Positions 59,293 to 64,000 of a DNA stretch of 64,000 bases are shown one piece after another (positions within the stretch are counted from its first letter, which is position 1; each line of letters begins with the position of its first letter). A program made the translations under genes and the position numbers. The notes under the pieces are model-generated. The model did not search any database and was not told the DNA's origin. It worked only from the letters and a program-made list of their open reading frames with translations. Location: assembly GCA_965221215.1 (NCBI GenBank), contig OZ244872.1:907601-971600 (forward strand), written 5' to 3'. Source of the stretch: Candidatus Aldehydirespirator sp. GTDB lineage: Bacteria; Actinomycetota; Acidimicrobiia; Acidimicrobiales; Aldehydirespiratoraceae.

Positions 59293-61422
59293 GTGAACGG
59301 TCCGGCAGTGCTGCGGTACGGGGAGTGGCCGTCGCCTGTGGCCGCCGATTGCCTGGCGCAGGGGGCGGCCGGCATCTCCGAGGTGATCGCCGATCCGGTG
59401 CAGCCCTGGCTGCTGTGGTGGGCCGAGAGCCGCCCAGACGAGGGTGGGCGCACCGTGGTGGTGTGCCGCGACCGGCGCGGTGGCGGGCCCCAGGAGGTAA
59501 CCCCGCCCGACGCCAACGTGCGCACTCTGGTCCACGAGTACGGCGGCGGCGCCTGGTGGCCCTGCGACGGGTCGCTCACCTACGCAGAGTTCACCGACCA
59601 GCGGCTCCGCCGGATCGACCGTCCCGGCGCCGAGCCGCAACTGCTCACCGCCGAGCCGCCCGAGCCCAGGGGGTGGCGCTACGCCGACGGGCGGGTCACA
59701 CCAGACGGCTGCTGGAGCGTGTGCGTGCGTGAGCGCCACGACACCGGCGGCGAGCCGGCCAATGAGTTGGTGGCCGTGGCCTGCGACGGCTCGCAGCAAG
59801 TGGTTCCGCTGTGGTCGGGAGCGGACTTCGTGATGGCGCCCCGGGTGTCGCCCGACGGCTCGATGCTGGCCTGGATCTCCTGGGACCACCCCAACATGGG
59901 TTGGGACGCCACCCGGCTGCATGTCCACGAGTTCGCCGACGCCCGGCTGGGAGCGGAGCTGCTGGTGCTGGGCCGCGACGGCGACCGCAGCCTGTGCGAG
60001 CCCGGCTGGGTGGCCGGATCGCGGCCGAGGCTGCTGGTGTGCAGCGACCACGAAAACTGGTGGGGCCTCTACGAGGCAGACCTCGACGGCGGGCCGCTGC
60101 GGCCGGTGGTGACCGGCGAATTCGATGTGGCCACCCCGCCCTGGGTATTCGGAATGCAGCGCTGGGCCGCAACTGGCGCCAACGTCGCCGCGGCTCCGAC
60201 CTCATCCGAGGGTCAAGTCGCGGTGGGCGAAGCTCAGACCAGATCATGCGGTGAAGTCGCGGTGGGCGAGGCTCAGACCAGATCATGCGGTGAAGTCGCG
60301 GTGGGCGAGGCTCAGGCCGGATCTGACGACCAAGTCACGGTGGCTGTGGCGGCTCAGATGGGATCGGGCGATCGGATCCTGGTCGACGGCCGGCCGGTGG
60401 CGGTGGCCGACTCGTCGGTGTCGTCGCTGACCATCGGCCGCGACGCAGACGGCGCGGCGGTGCTGGCCTACGCGGGCGCCGGCTACCGCCATGAGCCTGT
60501 GGTCGCCGCAGTGCGCATCGGCCGCGACGGCCGAGCCGACCGGCGCGCCGTGCGGCCCGCTCGGGAGCTGGGCTTCGGCGAGGGCCTGCTGATGGAGCCC
60601 GAGGCCATCACCTTCCCGACCGGCGACGGCACCGCGGTGGCCCACGCCCTGTACTACCCGCCCGCCAATCCGGCCTGCACCGGCCCGGCCGGTGAGCGGC
60701 CCCCGCTGCTGGTCACTGCCCACGGAGGACCCACCGCCGCGGCCCGCCGCCAGCTCCAACTGGGCCTGGTGTACTGGACCTCCAGAGGCATCGCGGTAGT
60801 GGACGTCGACTACCGGGGCTCCACCGGCTACGGCCGCAGCTACCGCCGGGCCCTCGATGGCGCCTGGGGGGTGGCCGATGTGGAGGACTGCGTGGCCGCG
60901 GCCCGATACCTGGCCGACCGGGGCGACGTCGACGCTGAGCGGCTGATCATCCGGGGCGGCAGCGCCGGCGGCTTCACCGTGCTGGCCGCCCTGGCCGGCC
61001 ACGACACATTCGCGGCCGGGGCCAGCCGCTACGGCATCGCCGATTTGGAGGCCCTGGCCGCTGACACCCACAAGTTCGAGTCGCGCTACCTCGACCGTCT
61101 CGTCGGCCCCTACCCCGAAGCCGCAGACATCTATCGATCCCGCTCGCCCATCCATCACATCGACGGCTTCGACGCGCCCATGATCGTGTTGCAGGGCAGC
61201 GAGGACGAGATCGTGCCCCCCGCCCAGTCCGAGATGATCGTGGACGCGCTCAAGGCCAAGGGCGTGCCGGTGGCCTATCTGCTGTTCGAGGGAGAGCAGC
61301 ACGGCTTCCGCCGCGCCGACAACATCGTGGCCGCCCTGGAGGCCGAGTTGGCCTTCTTCGGCCGGATCCTCGGATTCACCCCCGCCGACCCGCTCCCCGA
61401 CCTGGAGATCTTCGGCCTATAG
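59293..61422 (+). CDS. S9 family serine peptidase (prolyl oligopeptidase/dipeptidyl aminopeptidase-like)
   Basis: 709 aa with a GTG start. The N-terminal part is propeller-like. The C-terminal alpha/beta hydrolase has the nucleophile GGSAGGF, then D in QGSEDEIVP and H in GEQHGF. Confidence 0.85.
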   Translation: MNGPAVLRYGEWPSPVAADCLAQGAAGISEVIADPVQPWLLWWAESRPDEGGRTVVVCRDRRGGGPQEVTPPDANVRTLVHEYGGGAWWPCDGSLTYAEFTDQRLRRIDRPGAEPQLLTAEPPEPRGWRYADGRVTPDGCWSVCVRERHDTGGEPANELVAVACDGSQQVVPLWSGADFVMAPRVSPDGSMLAWISWDHPNMGWDATRLHVHEFADARLGAELLVLGRDGDRSLCEPGWVAGSRPRLLVCSDHENWWGLYEADLDGGPLRPVVTGEFDVATPPWVFGMQRWAATGANVAAAPTSSEGQVAVGEAQTRSCGEVAVGEAQTRSCGEVAVGEAQAGSDDQVTVAVAAQMGSGDRILVDGRPVAVADSSVSSLTIGRDADGAAVLAYAGAGYRHEPVVAAVRIGRDGRADRRAVRPARELGFGEGLLMEPEAITFPTGDGTAVAHALYYPPANPACTGPAGERPPLLVTAHGGPTAAARRQLQLGLVYWTSRGIAVVDVDYRGSTGYGRSYRRALDGAWGVADVEDCVAAARYLADRGDVDAERLIIRGGSAGGFTVLAALAGHDTFAAGASRYGIADLEALAADTHKFESRYLDRLVGPYPEAADIYRSRSPIHHIDGFDAPMIVLQGSEDEIVPPAQSEMIVDALKAKGVPVAYLLFEGEQHGFRRADNIVAALEAELAFFGRILGFTPADPLPDLEIFGL
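60214..60330 (+). repeat. 39-bp (13-aa) in-frame tandem repeat, about 3 units plus a degenerate 4th, inside the S9 peptidase propeller region
   Basis: caagtcgcggtgggcgaagctcagaccagatcatgcggt (60214-60252); gaagtcgcggtgggcgaggctcagaccagatcatgcggt (60253-60291); gaagtcgcggtgggcgaggctcaggccggatctgacgac (60292-60330). Together they encode (Q/E)VAVGEAQTRSCG. Confidence 0.9.
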
Positions 61423-61425
61423 GGG

Positions 61426-61689
61426 TTAGGACTCGTCCTCGGTGTCGCCGTCGTCGCTGGCATCGTCGCCGTCGGCATCGCCGCTGCTGGCATCGGCTCC
61501 ATCGGTGTCGGCGTCTTCGTCGACCGGCTGGCCGTTCTGGGCGGCGGTGTGAGCGATGGTGGGCCATGACGACTCGTCCATCTCGGCCTGGCGCCGACGC
61601 TTCATCACCAGTCGGCCCACACCGACCAGAGCACCGGCAACGGCGCCGAACTTGAGCAGACGGACGGCACGGGTCACTAGACGAGGCAT
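61426..61689 (-). CDS. Small hypothetical protein: one hydrophobic helix plus a poly-acidic tail
   Basis: 87 aa: MPRLVTRAVRLLKFGAVAGALVGVGRLVMKRRRQ... then DEDADTDGADASSGDADGDDASDDGDTEDES. It is convergent with the S9 gene, 3 nt apart. I recognise no family. Confidence 0.5.
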   Translation of the reverse strand: MPRLVTRAVRLLKFGAVAGALVGVGRLVMKRRRQAEMDESSWPTIAHTAAQNGQPVDEDADTDGADASSGDADGDDASDDGDTEDES

Positions 61690-61722
61690 GGGCCGAACTC
61701 TACGCCCCCGTTGTGGCGGTTG

Positions 61723-64000
61723 CTACAGATCCACAACCGCCAGCCGCACGAGGCTCCGCAGGTCGTGGACGTGCAGATTGGCCTTGCTGGCACCATCGAA
61801 ATGGCCCCATCCCTTGAAGCCGAGAGTCCACAGGTCGTCGCCGATCACGATGCTGCGCACGATCACGTTCGGTGCGTCGGCGGGCCAGCAGATCGAGATC
61901 GACTCGTTGCTGCGAAGCAGACCCAGGCCCTGGCCCTCATCGGTGAACATGTCCATCCACGGGTCGATCGGGCATTCAAAGCCGGTCATGCCCGCCTCGT
62001 CGGGATCACAGGCCAGCACCGCGTTGTAGTCGTCGGAGATCATGTACTCCAACTCGGTCGAGAAGTTGTCCCAATCGGCGGACGGGAGATCGGCCGGGGT
62101 GAGCCGGCGGCAGTCGGTCTGTCCCGGCGCCTCGCCCTCGACGTCGTGGTCGACCCGGCCCACCTCGGTGATGGTTCCGTCGGCCACCCGCAGCACCACC
62201 GCACCGGACCACTCGTCCCACACCGTGACCGGGATGATCGCCAGCTCCTCGGGCGCCCACCACAGGAAGGCCCGATGGTCCCAGCCGATGTCGTTCCAGC
62301 CGTCGGGGGCGGTCCACACCGCCACCTCCCGGGGCGAGGACAGGTCGCTCACATCGAACAGCGACACCTTGGCCCCGGTCACCCGGCCGCTGGAATCGGT
62401 GTCTGAGCCCACCCCCAGCACCAGCGTGTCGCTGATGGGGTGCAGGTAGCTGGAGAAGCCGGGGATCTTGAGCTCGCCCAGGATCTGGGGGCTGGTCGGG
62501 TCGGAGAGGTCGATGGTGTAGAAGGGATCGATCTGGCGGAACGTCACCACGTAGCCGATGTCGCCCACGAAGCGCACCGACTGCACCTGCTCGCCCCGGC
62601 CGATGTCGCCCACGCTGCCCACCTCGGTGAGCACGTCGCCGTCGGTGCTCAGCACCCGCACCCAGCTCTCGGACTCCTCGCCCCACGGATCGCCCACCGT
62701 GGTGACGATCCGCAGGTGGCCGTTGTGCTCCGACAGCGAGAACTGGTTGCGGATCACGCCCAGAACCTCGCCCGAGGACGCATAGGCGGCCGCCTCGCCG
62801 GTGATGTCGAAGCGGTGGATGCTGGTGCGGCGCTCGCTCCAGGCTCGCCGCCAGACGTCCTCCTCGCCGTCGAACTCGTCGGAGTCGATCCAGCGGGTGG
62901 TGGCGGCGTACAGCGACTCGGTGGACGCGTAGACGGTGTCGCCGGGCGCCATCACCGCAGTGGACTGCGACGGCTCGAAGCCGCCGCCGATGGGCACGCT
63001 CAGCACGGCGGTGACCCCGAAGCCCGAGAACACCGACGGGGCGTGAACGGCCGAGCACGGCACCAACAGCGACTCCGTCAACCGGTCGGCGGACCCGAAC
63101 GCGTAGTGGGGCAGCCAGTCGTCGAGGGTCGAGTTGAGCACCGCGGTCCGGTTGGCCGCCTCGGCCACGTCGTGCGCATCCTCGTTCTGGGGGAACACGA
63201 ACGGGAAGTTCCGGTGGGGGTCGTAGCGCAGGATCACCCGGGCGGTGCCGCCCACGCTGCGGGCGCTGATGTAGTCGCCATCGACGCTGACGGTCTCGAC
63301 GATCTCGGGGGTGTCGCCGCTCACATCGATGCGCTGGAGCACCGTCTGGCTGCCCCGGCTGCCCTCGGGCGAATATCCGTGGGAGCGGGTGATCAGCAGC
63401 AGGCTGTCGCCGTCGATGAACAGCTCCCGGCCCCAGCCCTCGGCCACCGCCACCGAGCCCAGCGCGCTGCGACCGGCTGCGTCGACCACCGTCAGCCGAC
63501 CCTGCGACAGCGTGAAGATCCGGCTGCCGTCGGTCTTGACGATGTCGGCCTCGTCCACCCCGGCCTCCTGCACGTTGGTGCCCGAGAAGTCGACGCCCTC
63601 CACCAGGCTGCTGGCAGCCGTCGTCGTCGCGGTTGGTGCCGCCGCGGAGTCGTCGGCCATCGCCGCCTCTTCCATTACTTCCATATCGGCCAGCCCCTCG
63701 CGCAGGGGCATGGGGCCGAACCAGCCGCCCTCGTTGAAGCCCCACGGCCCGACCCGGGCCCCGTACTCGGTCCGCAGGTGGTCGAGCAGCGTGTCGCAGT
63801 CGTCGAAGCGCACCAGCCCGGCAGTCAGCACCACGTCGCCGGGACCGAGAGCGATGACCTCGCCGCCGGGGTCTGCGCCGTTGCCGCCGCTGCCGGTAGC
63901 GGCGCCGCTGTCGTTGCCGTTGCCGTCGGCTGACTCAGCCGGCTGGTCGGACCCGTTGGGATCAGCGGTGCCGGAGATTCCCGGATCGCCGCTCGGGCTG
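61723..64000 (-). CDS. Secreted beta-propeller domain protein (COG4880-like); 5' end beyond the window
   Basis: Track ORF 61723..63834. My translation shows the frame stays open upstream to position 64000 (…GNGNDSGAATGSGGNGADPGGEVIALGPGDV-VLTAG…). The family-typical blocks are NVQEAGVDEADIVKTDG, VRFVGDIGYVVTFRQIDPFYTIDLSDPTSP...GELKIPGFSSYLHP and KVSLFDVSD. Confidence 0.75.
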   Translation of the reverse strand, partial: SPSGDPGISGTADPNGSDQPAESADGNGNDSGAATGSGGNGADPGGEVIALGPGDVVLTAGLVRFDDCDTLLDHLRTEYGARVGPWGFNEGGWFGPMPLREGLADMEVMEEAAMADDSAAAPTATTTAASSLVEGVDFSGTNVQEAGVDEADIVKTDGSRIFTLSQGRLTVVDAAGRSALGSVAVAEGWGRELFIDGDSLLLITRSHGYSPEGSRGSQTVLQRIDVSGDTPEIVETVSVDGDYISARSVGGTARVILRYDPHRNFPFVFPQNEDAHDVAEAANRTAVLNSTLDDWLPHYAFGSADRLTESLLVPCSAVHAPSVFSGFGVTAVLSVPIGGGFEPSQSTAVMAPGDTVYASTESLYAATTRWIDSDEFDGEEDVWRRAWSERRTSIHRFDITGEAAAYASSGEVLGVIRNQFSLSEHNGHLRIVTTVGDPWGEESESWVRVLSTDGDVLTEVGSVGDIGRGEQVQSVRFVGDIGYVVTFRQIDPFYTIDLSDPTSPQILGELKIPGFSSYLHPISDTLVLGVGSDTDSSGRVTGAKVSLFDVSDLSSPREVAVWTAPDGWNDIGWDHRAFLWWAPEELAIIPVTVWDEWSGAVVLRVADGTITEVGRVDHDVEGEAPGQTDCRRLTPADLPSADWDNFSTELEYMISDDYNAVLACDPDEAGMTGFECPIDPWMDMFTDEGQGLGLLRSNESISICWPADAPNVIVRSIVIGDDLWTLGFKGWGHFDGASKANLHVHDLRSLVRLAVVDL

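Overview
High-GC window (hand spot counts about 65-70% G+C) with actinobacterial-type gene content, almost fully coding. I recognised no rRNA, tRNA, CRISPR array, transposase or integrase. Layout: (a) 1-4173, a type III-like R-M pair on the minus strand. Res is a helicase-nuclease, and Mod carries a DPPY motif and runs off the left edge. (b) 4.2-19.6 kb, metabolic operons. These include a CocE/NonD hydrolase and a plus-strand operon of PPOX-like protein, aminotransferase, M20 peptidase, RraA-like protein, lipoyl-domain protein, SDR and a fused 2-oxoacid dehydrogenase E1 alpha-beta. A minus-strand operon follows: MOP/XdhD-type Mo-hydroxylase, SsnA-like amidohydrolase, LLM oxidoreductase, phosphoribosyltransferase and cupin. 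(c) 19.8-26.7 kb, an accessory-looking patch. Two paralogous membrane-anchored sulfite-oxidase-fold Moco oxidoreductases bracket rsgA and a PIN-toxin pair; the second paralog is frame-disrupted and carries 39-bp coding repeats. An intact hicB and a decayed hicA follow. (d) 26.9-38.9 kb, a membrane protein, an acyl-CoA synthetase and a minus-strand sugar-type ABC transporter/dehydrogenase cluster. (e) 38.9-56.7 kb, the most unusual part. An intergenic region holds four iteron-like direct repeats, an uninterrupted G25 tract and a 70-nt island of about 36% G+C. It is followed by an orphan AAA+/wHTH ATPase and a 16.4-kb ORF. That ORF encodes a roughly 5470-aa Calx-beta-rich protein with four copies of an unassigned ~200-aa lectin-like module, a Pro25 spacer and three C-terminal SLH repeats. 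(f) 56.8-64 kb, serC, an aspartate-type aminotransferase, an S9 peptidase with a 39-bp in-frame tandem repeat, a small acidic-tail membrane protein, and a beta-propeller protein running off the right edge. Many long ORFs in the supplied track are antisense or out-of-frame shadows, or upstream run-ons of real genes, and were not called.
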